From Emiliania huxleyi CCMP1516 (Eukaryota): 64,000 bases of DNA. Made by a program: the position numbers and the translations under genes. The notes below the pieces were generated by a model. It made no database searches and was not told the DNA's origin. It saw nothing but the letters and a program-made list of their open reading frames with translations. Within the stretch, counting starts at the first letter, position 1; each line of letters starts with the position of its first letter. The stretch covers positions 713,081 through 777,080 of the forward strand of contig NW_005201287.1 of NCBI RefSeq assembly GCF_000372725.1, written 5' to 3'. Below, in pieces: positions 35,015-46,628 of this stretch.

Positions 35015-36300
35015 TAGCCGCACGCCTCAGCGGCACGAGTGAGCGCAGCGGGGACAGCGACGCTCGCAGTGCTGCGCGACGCGGCGCGGGTGCGTCAAGG
35101 AGCTGCTCGCCGAGCTCAAGAAGGCGCCCGCCGCAAGGACGGACGCGCAGCAGGCCGCCGCCAAGCTGCTCGCCTTTGTCGGCGCCGAGTCGCGGTCGCT
35201 GCGCCTCCACTTCTCCGCCCTCGTCGCCGTCCCGTTTGCGCACGGCGCGCACGTCTTCATGCCCGCCACGGCGCTCGACCGCGGGCTCCTGCTCCGCCTG
35301 CTCGCGACGCTGCAGAAGCGGCTCGGCCGCTTCGACGACAAGTGCGTGCACGCCACGCAGGCCTTCTTCGAGACGCTGCCCGCGCACGGCGGCCTCTCCC
35401 TCCCGCAGCTCGACGCCGCGCTCAGCCGGGCGAAGCAGGTTGGCGTCGAGAGCCGCGCCTTCGAGAGGCGCCTCGAGGTGGGCGGCGGAGGAGGCGCGGC
35501 GGCGGCGCCCGCGGCGGCGGCGCCCGTGGCGGCGGCGCCCGTGGCCGCAGGGCCGAGCCGGGGCGGCGGGCAGCCTCCTCCCGTCATCTCGCTCGACGAC
35601 GACGGCGCGGCGGGCGGCGCGGCGGACAGGCGCGGCGGCGGCGGGACGGCGGGCGGAGAGGAGTCGCGCCGCGCCCTCGAGAGGCAGATCGCGGCGGCGG
35701 CGAGGCAGCGGCAGACCCTCCGGGCGGGGCACATCCTTCCGGCCGCCGCCTTTGCAGACGAGGCGAACGAGTCGGAGGAGAAGTGCCTGCGCGGCCACGA
35801 CGCCCTCAAGGCGGTGGCGGCGCACGACTCCGTCGGCGGCGGCGAGGTGTACTCCGACGTGGCCTCCGCCGCGCACCTGGCCGCCGGCACGCTTCCCAAG
35901 GCGGCGCAGCTAAAGGCGCTCCGCGCGCACCTCGAGCAGGCCAAGCGCACGCTCGCCGCTGCGCTCCCGTCGCTCGGCTCGCTCCTCGAAGGGACGGTCA
36001 AGGCGGGCTTCGACGTGGGCGGTGCCTACCTCGGCTTCTGCTCCGAGCGCGCCATCGTGGTGAACCTCGCGCCGCTGCTGCGCCGCTGGAACGAGGCGGG
36101 CAGCTGCTCCTCACCCTCGCTCACGAGGCGGCGCACCTCCTCAGCAGGGGCGGCGCGCACGACAGCGCGTGGCGGCAGACGCAAGGGGGCGGAGGGCGTG
36201 GCGGAGGGCGCACCTACGACGAGCTCATCCAGGCCGCCATCGTCGCCGGAGTCGGCCCGGCGCCCGGCGCATTCGCTGGCGTCGGGCGGAGGGCCTGACC
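35015..36300 (+). pseudogene. 5'-truncated gene fragment ending in an HExxH zincin-like domain
   Basis: YLGFCSERAIVVNL, then after a frame change LTLAHEAAHLL..AHDSAW. Abuts the truncated 5' end of the retroelement. Confidence 0.5.
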
Positions 36301-36750
36301 GTGGCGCGCAGCGCTGCGTTGCTTGGCCCGCGCTGCGCTGTTGCTGGATTCTGTTCGATTACACACAGTGTACAATAAAGGGGGCGCTGGCCCATGCCGA
36401 GCCGCTATTTTAAACAAAGTCGTATGCGATGGTGCGTTTCCGTTCGTATTTTGAGGAGATTACGTCTTGATATGTATCGAATTGATTTAACCGCCCTGGT
36501 GGCCTTCTCACCGTCTCACTTGGGCCGCCGCTGCGCGCTGGCACAAAATAGTTCTCTAGTTGTGCTTGGTTTGCCGTTAGTGACTCTCCTGCCACCTGCG
36601 GCGCGAATAATTACAAAACGTACATGCTGGGGGCGACGGGGGTCGTCCCCGCCGCAAGGGGGCCCGCGACGCACCGGGCGGCACACGTTCCACCCCGGCG
36701 TTGGGAACGCGCACTTTGCTGGCGCCGAGCACACGTAGCTCGCGCCTGCA

Positions 36751-39700
36751 TTAGTTGGGCGCCTGGGCGGTGCCTCCCGTCCTGCGCCTTTGGCGCGGAC
36801 GCTCCTGGGCAGTTGCGGGGTCGAGGCCCGACGGCTCGCCGCCCGGAGCCTTCCGCTTGTTCTTTGCGCGCTTGAGCGCAGCAGTGGCCGCCCCAACGGC
36901 TTGCTCCTGCTCGAGCCTCGCCGCCTCTGCGTCGTCGTGCCCCTCTTGCTTCTCCTCGACCTCGCGCTGCAGCTCATCGACCCGTTCCTGGAAGGCCGTC
37001 ACCAGCGTCGTCTCGTACACCACCGCGCCGGCCGCGGTGCCGCATAGGGCCTGCGCAGCCAGCGGATCGCTCGGCGGGCCCAGCATCACGCCGGCCGTGC
37101 GGGCGAGAGGCTGCACGCCGGAGGAGCGGATCGCATCGAAGGGCGCAGTCTCGCCGTGAGCGCCGAGGGCGACCACGTCGTGCAAGTGCGGATTCTCGTC
37201 GGCGTACTCGATCATTCGGCTAGCGTCGCCGTCGACGACGACGGTGCGGCCGACGGCGCGCCACAGCGCGCGGCGCAGCGCTGCGCCCTGGTTCCCGTCA
37301 GGGAGGACCACGAGGTTGACGAGGTACGCGGCGCCGTACTCCTTCGCGCCGGGCGGCAGCACCTCGCCGTCGAACTCGAGAAGGCCCGTCGAGCCGTCAA
37401 CGGACACCTTGTAGTTCTTCTCCTCGACGAAGTTGGCTGGCGTGCGGCGCGGGCGGACGCCATAGCCGCCGAGCAGCGGCATCATCGCGCCGAAGGCCAC
37501 GTCCGGGTGCAGCGCGACGGCGTCGCCGCCGATGAGCGCGAGAAGCGCGGCAGCGACGCGAGCGTCGCGCGTGGTTGCGGCGGCGCAAAGTGACGCGCCC
37601 GCCACGACCGCCCGCTTCATCTTGTACGCGTCCGTCGTGTAGTCGAAGACGAGGTCGCCGCGCCGCTCGCGCGTCTCGCCGCCGTGGCGGGTCCGCGCCA
37701 CCTTGAAGATGCCCCACTTGCCGGGCTCGAGCTCGATCGTGCGCAGCACTGCGCCGCCCTCGTCCTGGAACACGTGGCCGTCGACCTCAGAGCGCGTGTA
37801 CCGCCGCACTCCCTCCTCGTCGTCAAGAAGGAGCTGCACCGTCGGCTCCTCCTCCGTGGCGCCGAGCAGCGTGCCGAGTTGCTGCGCGCCCTCGGAGATC
37901 TGTGCCTCGTCCGGCGGCTGCGTCTCGGCCAGCTTCGCCTGCGCCTCGTCGAAGCTCATCAAAACCTGCTGCTTCTTCCGCGCGTTCTCCTGCGCCTTGG
38001 TCTCGCGGAGCTCGCCTTGCGCGTCGGCGAGAGCACGCTTCGCGGCGTCGTGCCGCGTTGTCGCCTCGCCGCAGAGGCGCTTCTTCTCGTCGAGGTCGGC
38101 CTGGCGCTGTGCGATCTCCCTCCGCAGCCGCTCCGCGTCCGCCTTCTCCTCCGCCGGGTCGGTGTACGCGATAGGGACGGAGCCAGCCAGACTGCCGTCC
38201 GCCTTGGTGAAGTCGAGCGAGTACTCGCCGCTCCGCCCGTAGTTGGACAGCCGCAGCGTCGAGAGCTTCAGCTTACCGCGCTTGACCTTCAGCGTACTGT
38301 TGGGCAGCGGCTGTTGGAGGACGGCGGTGGTCGACTCCGTGTCGGCGGGCGGCGTGGCGGGCGGCGTGAGCGTGACGGTCACATCGAACGTCTCGTCGAT
38401 GACGTTGCCGTGCGCGTCCACGAGGCGGAGGTCGACGTCCGTGACAATAGTGTCGTCCTGCAGCGAGAGGACCTCATCGCCAACAAGCTGCAAGCCGAGC
38501 GGGGCAGCCGGGAGCACGGTGACATCGATCTCCGCGACCGTCTTGCTGCGGCCAGAGGCCTCGAGCGTCGCGCCCAGCTTCCGCTGCTCGTCGGCCGTCG
38601 CGTGCGCCGCCTTGAAGTTGTGGAGCGTGAGCTTGAGCTTTTGCGTGCCCGCCGTCGTGCTTGCGGGCAGGCCGCTGACGAGGAAGGCGGAGCGGCTGTC
38701 GCTGGGGAAGGTGTCGTGCCGCTTGTGGGACTCGCCCTGCCAGCTCACCTCGAGCTGGCACTGCTGCACGCGTCTGTGCTCCTCCCCGGTCTCGAGCAAG
38801 AGAGAGACGAGGAGCTCCGGAAGCATCTCGCCCGCGACGGCCTGGATCCGTCCCATGACCGGCAAGACATCTTCGTCAGACCGCCGGTACAGAGCAATCT
38901 GCGAAGGCAGCTCCGCCGGCAGGAGCTGCAGCTGCACCTCCTCCTCGAGCGTTGGCCCGCCGTCGGTCGGTGTCGCGCGGATCGCGACGGCGTGCGGCGT
39001 GCTCTGCGAGAGCACCCGCTTCGTGCACACGCACGCGCGGAGCGACGGGCTCGGCTGGCAGCGACGCGTGGCGGCCTTGACGTAGAGCTCGTCGGGCGCC
39101 GAGGCCTCGACTTGCCACGTGTACTGGCCCATCTCGAGCTTGTTGCCCGCGCTGTCGACCACGCTCGCATTGATCGTAAACTCCGAGCCGTTGCGCACCT
39201 CCTGCTCCGACACATGGATGCCCGCGGCAGCGCCGGCGCACAGCTGGAGCTGCTTGGCGTCGGCGGTCGAGAGGATGTTGTGCGCGACGGGCGGCAGGGT
39301 GAGGGTGATCGTCCCTACCTTGCCGATGACGCTGCAGGTCGAGCGCAGCCGCAGGCCATCCTGTTGCCATGTGTAATCCGGGGGCTCGATGTCGCTGCCG
39401 GCCACAGCCAGCTGAAGCGCACCGAGATCAATCTCGGGCACCGCGACCTCAGCGTCTCCCTCCGAGTATGCGACGAGCTTCAACTCGAACGACTCGCCGC
39501 TGCCCACCGAGTCGGGGCAGACGAGCTCGACGCGCGCGGCCGGCGGCTGAACGATCGGCACGGCGAGGGCCTTGCTCACTCCCGCGCTCGAGAAGGTGAC
39601 GGTCGCGTTGCCGACGGCCGGCGCGGAGCTCACCGCCGCCCAGCGCGCCTTGAGCTTGTGCTTGCCCTTCGAGTCCGTCACCACCTCCGAGTCCTTGAGC

Positions 39701-42700
39701 TGGAGGCTTCCCTCGGGCGCCACCGACAAGCGAACCGTCTCCTCCGTCGCCGGGTTGTCCCACGCGTCGAACGCACGCAGCTCGAGAGCCGGCAGCGGCT
39801 TGCCCGGCTCCAGCGGCGTCTGCTCGGCGTCGAGGTCGAGCCGTGCAACCGGCCCGCTCGAGACCTGCACGTGCATCTCGAGATCTTCAAGCTGCTGCTG
39901 CGGCTGCGACTGCGGCTGCTCGTAGCGGAAGACGAGCGTGGCAGGCCGGACGTTGCTGCGCGCCGAGGAGGAGAGGTTGAGCTTGCCGCGGAGCTGCAAC
40001 TGGTCGAACGCCACGCGCCTCGGCTCGCGCCCGGCGCGCAGCGGGGTCTTGCGGTCCTTCGAGTGCAGCTCCAGCTCAGCGCCGCCGCCCACCTTCAAGT
40101 GCACGCTGACGTGGCGCGGGTCGAGATCGAACCGTTGGTCGGTCGCGTCGAGGGCCTCGAGGCACAGCTGCGGCAGCGTGTCGCCCAGCCGCACATCGCT
40201 GTTCTCGTCGAGCGACCCATGGTGCAGGAAGAGCCGCTCCGGCCGCTCGGCCGGCAGCACGGTGACGTCGAACTTGAGCACGAGGTCGCGCTCGCCGTCG
40301 CGCGCGCCGCGAAAGGTGCAAGTGTTGCGGCCAGCCTTGAGAGAGGCGCCGCCGCGGTTGTGCGCGTGCGGGCACGCGAACCAGTACTCGCCGCCGGCAT
40401 AAGGCTGCCTGACCTCAACAACCTTCTGCCCGTTCACCTCGAAGGTGAGCTTGCCTCGGTTTGGCAGGCCGCCCAGCATTGCCTCCTTGGGCTGCTGGCC
40501 ATTGAAAACCTGCACAACGAAGTGGCCCGGGCCCCTGGCGCTGGCTGCGTCCTCAAACGCAATGGGCTTGCCGACGTCGATGACGGGGTGCGAGCTCGTG
40601 GAGACGGCGTCGCTCTTGACGCGCAGCTCGGACGGCAAGTGCTTCTTCGCCGCCGTGACGTGCCGCTTCCAATCCCCCTCCGCGACCTTCTTGCGAAGGC
40701 TCGTGAGGGGAAACGACTCGGGCCGCTCGGTCACGCGGGCGTGCGTCCACCGCCACAAGCGCACAAAGCCGCTCGTCGCCTGGCGGCAGGCCTCGTTCAC
40801 GTCGGAGTCGCGCAGCGCGGAGGCGGGGTCGTACGAGCCGTCGAACTGGAAGTCGCACACCTCGGCGAACTCCTCCTGCTTTCTGACGGCGATCTTGACG
40901 AGCAGGCGCTTCTTCGGGTCGAGGTCCTTGGCCTCGAGGCTCACCTTGTGGCGAACCGGCGCGACAAAGTTCTCGCCACCGATCCGCACGTGGTTCGTCG
41001 TCGCCTTGAAGGTGCCCCGCGCGGTGTCGACGTCGCAATCGGCTGCGCGGGGGGGGTCGGTGCTCTCGGCCACGAAGATGACGTCCTCGTCGACCTCCTT
41101 CCAGTCGTGCAGCCAGGCGCACATCTCTCTTGCGAGGGGCACCATCTCCTGCTTCTTCTTCTGCGCCGCGTCGAGCTGCTGCTGCTGCCGCATGCTGGCG
41201 ACCTCCCGGGGCGAGTTGCCTCCCCCAGGCCCGTAGCCTGGCGAGCCAAAGCCTGGGGACGAGAGAGGCGACGCGCGGGGCGAGCCGCGGCCGCGCTGCT
41301 TCTCTGCCCTCGAGTCCCACTTGCGGAAGAGGTTCTGCACGAGGCTGTCCACCGACGAATCGTGCAGCAGCGCGTTCTTGTTCGGATCGACGGCGAAGTT
41401 GCCGTCGAGGTAGAGGGTCCCGGTGAAGCGCTGCCACACGGCCTCCGGCAGGTCCTTCAGGGGGCCGCGCCCGAGCAACTCCTTCGCGCCCGCGAGCTCG
41501 GTGAACTGGAACGACTTCGTGCGCTCCTCGGAGAGCAGCCGCCCGTTCCACCGAACCTCGAAGCAGCCGGGCTCGACGACCGGCGGCATGGAGGTGCTGC
41601 CGTTGGTCGACGGCCAGTACTCGAGGACGAGCCGCCACGAGCCCTGCATATCGCCCGTCTCGCAAGTGCCGTCGAAGACCTTGGTCATCGACGGGCACGC
41701 GAGGTCGGCGGAGCGCGTCGCAGCGCCGTGGCCGCCTGCCGCCTGCGGGAACTTCTCCTCGAGGTGCTGGTAGCGGATCTGGCGCTGCTGAATGAGCTGC
41801 GAGCAGCGCAGGTTGTCGACATCGCCGTGGCCAAAGATCTCGTCGTTGAGCGTGATGCGGTCCTCGCCGAGCTCGACGCTCATCCGAATCAGCTGCCGGG
41901 GAAAGCCCTCCATCTCCGGCAGAGCGCGCGCCGCAAGAGCGCGCGCCGCCGAGCTGGGGTCGGTCGTCACGAGGCACGGGAGGTACTTGTCGCACAGCTT
42001 GTCGGCGAGGCCGCCCGCCTCCTTCAACCCCGCCGCGAACTCGCGCAGGGTGTTCGCCTTGACGCCGCGCACCTCGAAGCACGTCGCCTTGTCGCCCCAC
42101 CCCTCGCGGTCCATCAGCGCGCGCACCTGCGCGTCCGGCTGCCACGACGTGACGGGCTGCTTCCACTCGCCCTTGCGGTCGCCCTCCTCAGCCGCCTTCA
42201 TCATCTGCGAGGGTGTGCGCGCAGTAAAGGGTAAAAGGGTGGATCGGGTAGAAAGGGGAGGGCGGTGGAGGTAAGGCTGCGGTGGGGAGAGAGGCGGTGG
42301 AAGGGGGTGGAAATTGGTGGGAGGGTGCTGGGGAGGGTGGCAGTGGAGAGGAGTGAGGAGGCGTGGCGCGGGCACGGCAGTGGTGGGGCGGCCACCTTCG
42401 CGATCGGCATCGTCAGCTTCGTCCCACTGCCACGGGGGCCGCCCTCCACCCTCGCCATTGAGAGCTCGCCGCCCTCTCCCAGCAGCGCCTTTCCGGCTCC
42501 CTTGGACCCGACGCCGAACCGCGAGTAGCGCACGGGGAAGAAGCCGGAGGCCGAGCCGCCGTGCTTCTGGTGGTCCGAGGTCCCAAGCTGCCCCCACATC
42601 ACCAGCTCATCGTGCGTCAAGCTGCGCCCGTTGTCCACAACCCGCAGAATGTTGCGCTCGAGGTCGAGGAGCAGGACGACTTGAGGAATGTACGATGAAG

Positions 42701-43109
42701 GGGTCCCGCTCGCGAGGAGGTACACCGACTCGAGCGCGTTGTCGATCAGCTCGTACACCGCCGTCTCCTGCGAGAAGATGCCCTCGGTAGTGATCAAGAT
42801 CTTGGCCGACGGGAAGTTGAAGAGGACGTGCGGCTCCGACTGCTGCTGCGAGCCGGCGGAGGCCTCGCCACGGTGCCCCGCGCCGCCGCGGCGCCGCACC
42901 GCCTGGATGTGATTGCACATGGCGTGGAGCGTCAAGTCGTATGACTCCTCCCCCCCGAACAGCTCCAGTGCGATCTCGTGAGCGGGGACGCCGATCTTTT
43001 GCGACACCGTGCACAGGATGTCCTGGCCCGATTTAACGGTCACCTCAGTCGGCTCGTCCGCGTCGTAGAAGTGCACGTGCAGGCGGCGCGGCGCAGCCAT
43101 CGGCGCCAT
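36751..43109 (-). CDS. SMCHD1/GMI1-like protein: ubiquitin-like start, GHKL ATPase, long beta-rich linker, coiled coil and SMC hinge-like C-terminus (~2050 aa)
   Basis: GHKL motifs AVYELIDNA, VVDNGRSL and SRFGVGSK. One intron at about 42208-42393. Ig-like repeats (DAWDN, DSAGN, DAHGN). Hinge-like AYLVNLV..LRRALW..VGRTVV..DAIRSSG lies between coiled coils. Confidence 0.8.
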
Positions 43110-43403
43110 GGCGACGCGGCGACGGTCGAGGCGGCGGCACGCGCTGCACAGGGGTGCAACTCGTGATGAGCCTCCCGCAGCCCAATCCAGAGCTCCGAGT
43201 CTTGGACAGGACCACCGAGTTTAGAGAAATCGCGCGAAATAAACTTCTTGCAGGTCAAATCCTGGAGATGTCTGCTCTATTTATTTATTTAGGTCAAAAA
43301 ATCGCCCTTCCAAAATCCTGCTCGTGCAGGTGGGGACCCTGTCCTCGCCCCATCCCTCGTTTGGCGTGTCTGTTTTCTTTCTTTCTTAAAAGATAAACGG
43401 CTG

Positions 43404-44330
43404 TCATATCGCCGTCCCGCGCAGCATCCCCGCGAGCTGCGCGTCCAGCCCTGCCGCCGTCAGCGGGTGCGTCACGAGGTGCGGGCCGAAGCCCGCCTCG
43501 TCGGCGCCAAAGACGACGCTCCCGTCGGCGCGCGCGCGGTACGAGGCCGCAATCTCGTGCAGCGGCGGCAGCGGCGTCGTCCGCACGGCGCCGCTCGGCG
43601 GCGGCGGCGGCTCGGCTGCGCCCCCGCTCTCGCGCCACGCCTCGTCGCAGAGTGCGGCTGCGCGGCGGGCGATGCCGAGCGCCCCGGTGAGGCCGGTGGA
43701 GCGGATGGCGCCCACGGTGACCCAGCTCGACCCCTCGGCGCGCCCGATCTGGTAGTCGGCGGAGAGGTCACAGCCCGGCCGGAGGCCAGAGTAGGATCCC
43801 GCCACGCCAGCCTCGCGGAGCTGCGGCACGGCGGCGCACGCCGCGTCGAGCAGCGCCGCGCGCACCTCCTGGCCGCGCCTCCTCCCGCGGCGGCATCTCC
43901 ACCTCCCTCACGGGCTCCGCGGTCGGGCCGCACGCCACAACGCCGAGCGCCGACCGCCAGACGTACACGCCTAACCTCGCGTCACCTCGCGTCACCTCGC
44001 GTCATCTCGCGTCGTCGCGGTCTCGGAGCGCCAGGACGTGACGCGCCGCGCGAGACGTCGCCCGGCGGCTGACCGACGGGCGTGGCGCCGACGAGCGCGC
44101 GGGCCGACCCGTCAAAGAGCAAAAAGTCGCCTCGCCGCGGCTTAATCGCGAAGGGCGGCCGCCGGTGCAGCGCCTCGAGCGCGTCGCCGAGCAGCCCGCC
44201 GCAAGCCACAACGACGGACGCCTCCACAACGCACAACCTCTGGCCCCTGCTCGGCCTCCGCCTCCGCCGGAGAGAGCCGTCTGGTCGGGAGGGAGGTGCC
44301 GGAGGATGAAGTCGAACTTGGCAGAGCAGG
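43404..44330 (-). pseudogene. C-terminal part of an FAD-dependent oxidoreductase (L-2-hydroxyglutarate/glycerol-3-phosphate dehydrogenase-like); N-terminus not found
   Basis: VVACGGLLGD, IKPRRGDFLLFD, VACGPTAE, YSGLRP and GAIRSTGLTGALGIA are present. No GxGxxG exon is seen before the MITE and transposon upstream. Confidence 0.65.
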
Positions 44331-44642
44331 AGTAGTAGATGGCGGCCCACAGCGTGTGGGGGCTCGCAGCACGTAGCGAAGAGAACCGTCTTCTCGATGT
44401 AGCTCACGATACTGCTCACCTGGGCGCGGTGTAACCACGCACATCCACAAACCCTGCCTCCCCCATTGGGCAGCCCGCGACCATCACGCCTCGGTACGCG
44501 CGCGACCCACCATCCTCCTCCGGCACCAGCACCATGCCGACTGGCGCGCCCAACGCCTCCCGCCACGGGCAGTGCGAGAGGTTGTACTCGGGCGAGAAGC
44601 ACTCGAGCGCTTTCGAGACCTCTGCATCTCGTTCTCGAGAGC

Positions 44643-45014
44643 TAGAGCTGTCAAACGTTAACTTTGGGCCTAACAGTTGCACTATTGTTGGCTGAAATCC
44701 TCAACGTTGTTCAAGTGTTCTCCCCAGCCCAAGCTGTTACTGTTTGTTACTGTTGTTACTGTTGTTCAGTGGTCAGCAAGCAGAAAATGCCAAAAAACCC
44801 GGGTAAAACCCGAAAATACACCTGGGGTTTTCCAGGTATTTTCGGGTATTACCCGCACTGGACGCTGGAGATCGTCGTGGGTCACTGCCAGGCCTTCCTT
44901 ATTGTTGTTCAGCTGGCCTAACGTTAGCTACTGTTGTTGGGGAGCCCCACTGTTGTTCTGTTGTTACTGTTAACACTAGCAACACTGTTCAGCTCTTAAC
45001 GTTTGACAGCTCTA
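44643..45014. mobile_element. hAT-like MITE, 372 bp
   Basis: Perfect 19-bp TIRs TAGAGCTGTCAAACGTTAA. Perfect 8-bp TSD TCGAGAGC at 44635-44642 and 45015-45022. Internal TGTT repeats. Confidence 0.95.
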
Positions 45015-45698
45015 TCGAGAGCGGGTTGAGCGACGCCTTTACCGCCTCGCCAAAGCGCATCCTTTTTTACACTACGCGCCCAGGTCATGCAAAATAAATC
45101 CGAGAAATATTCGGCGGTGTACAGCCGTTTTTGCTTGAGAGCCCGCCTTAGCAAAGCGGGAGCGAGGACGCCCTTCTATGGCAACGATTTCAGGCGCATG
45201 TCCGGGGCCGGAGAGCGCGACAAGCGGGAGCGGAATGGCAAATCCGGCCTCACGCCCGACAAGACCAAGCGTCCCTCCGGCGGGGGAGCCCGGACCGGAC
45301 CAGCCCCGCCGCTCGGGCCGGCTGGCGGCGGCCACGACGACGCCGAATCCGCCGCCGACAGGTTTGGCTAGCTGCCACACAGTAGCGCGGCGCGGCACAC
45401 CCTGCCGATGGCGCGGGCCCGATGGGGAAGTGGGTGGAGATTGCGAAACGCGCAAAAGGGACACGCGACTCCTAGATCCTGGGCCGAGGTTTGATAAAGT
45501 GTCACTTTATCAAAGCCAGCCGCCCCTCCGACCCTCCCCCCCCCTGCCACAGGGGAGCAGACCTCGCGGCCGCCGGAGGGCGCGCACGCGCAAGCATCGA
45601 GCAGGGCCCCCCGGAGCCGCGGCCCGAGGTCCTGGACGCAGGGATTCGTTCCCCGAGACGCCTTCACTTCAGCGCCAGCCCACCAGTCGGATGCCAAC

Positions 45699-46628
45699 GT
45701 GGCGCGCATTCTGGCCGAGGCGAGCCGGCTGGGCTTCTTCCTCAAGCACCAGGACTCGTTCCGGGAGGAGATCGGGCTGCGGATGGCAGCGAGCCTGCGG
45801 ACCCTGGGCGGCCAGTTCCTGTGGCAGACGGCGAGCTTCACTTTCCGCGACTGCCCGCGGGAGGTGCTCAAGGACTTGCCGCCTCCTCTCAAGGCGATCG
45901 ACCAGCCGCTCCAGCTCCAGTTCAATGCAGACACCATGACGGACGCGGCGGAGCTCGCGCGCCCCTTCTTCGCGCTGGTGCCTTCGGTGTGCGGGTCGAC
46001 GAAGCTGATCGTCAAGCCCTCCTCTCCCGCGGCGCAGCAGGCGGCGACGGTGACGGCGCTGACGCTGACATGGGAGAAGCCGAAGGCGCGGCACAGCCGG
46101 CCGACGCTCACGGTGGACATGCAGTTCGCGCTGTCGACGGAGCACGGGGAGATCCATCCGCCGAAGGACGCGGACCGGCGCGAGTTGGCGCTGGACCCGG
46201 CGACGGAGGCGACCTGGCGGCGCATGATCCTCTCCGACATCAAGGCGCACGCGGAGAAGGGGAGAGCCTTGGCTGCGGGCTACTGGCGCCAGATGGGCAA
46301 CCACAAGATGGCCGCGCAGGTCGACAGCGGCGGGGACGCGAGGGGGGCGCCGCGGCCGGGCAAGCGCAAGGCCGAGAAGGCGCCGGCGGTCCCGCGGCGG
46401 AAACTCCTCTGGACCAAGGCGACCCTGTTCGAGGTGGAGGCGATCACGGAGGAGAGGGTGGAGGCGGGCGTGCGGCAGCTCAAGGTCCGGTGGAGCGGCT
46501 ACCACCCTTCATGGGAGAAGTTCCGGCTCCCGGGGGACGGGGAGGCGGGCGACGCGGTCTCGACGTGGGAGCCGGCGAGCGGGCTGACCAAGACGGACGC
46601 GTACAAGGCGTGGGAGGAGCAGCAGTGA
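45699..46628 (+). CDS. Transposon accessory protein with C-terminal chromodomain
   Basis: FEVEAITEER..LKVRWSGY..STWEPASGL follows the chromodomain pattern. The true start is uncertain and upstream exons are possible. Confidence 0.75.
   Translation: MARILAEASRLGFFLKHQDSFREEIGLRMAASLRTLGGQFLWQTASFTFRDCPREVLKDLPPPLKAIDQPLQLQFNADTMTDAAELARPFFALVPSVCGSTKLIVKPSSPAAQQAATVTALTLTWEKPKARHSRPTLTVDMQFALSTEHGEIHPPKDADRRELALDPATEATWRRMILSDIKAHAEKGRALAAGYWRQMGNHKMAAQVDSGGDARGAPRPGKRKAEKAPAVPRRKLLWTKATLFEVEAITEERVEAGVRQLKVRWSGYHPSWEKFRLPGDGEAGDAVSTWEPASGLTKTDAYKAWEEQQ

Noticed and set aside
37684..42234. 1516-aa plus-strand ORF (and 46739-50281 minus, and similar ORFs)
   Set aside because: These are antisense shadows of real genes, expected from high GC3, and their composition is not protein-like.
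45491..46624. N-terminal third of the 1436-aa ORF call as real transposase sequence
   Set aside because: It is Gly/Ala/Arg-rich off-frame read-through overlapping the chromodomain ORF. Coding here is unsupported without transcripts.
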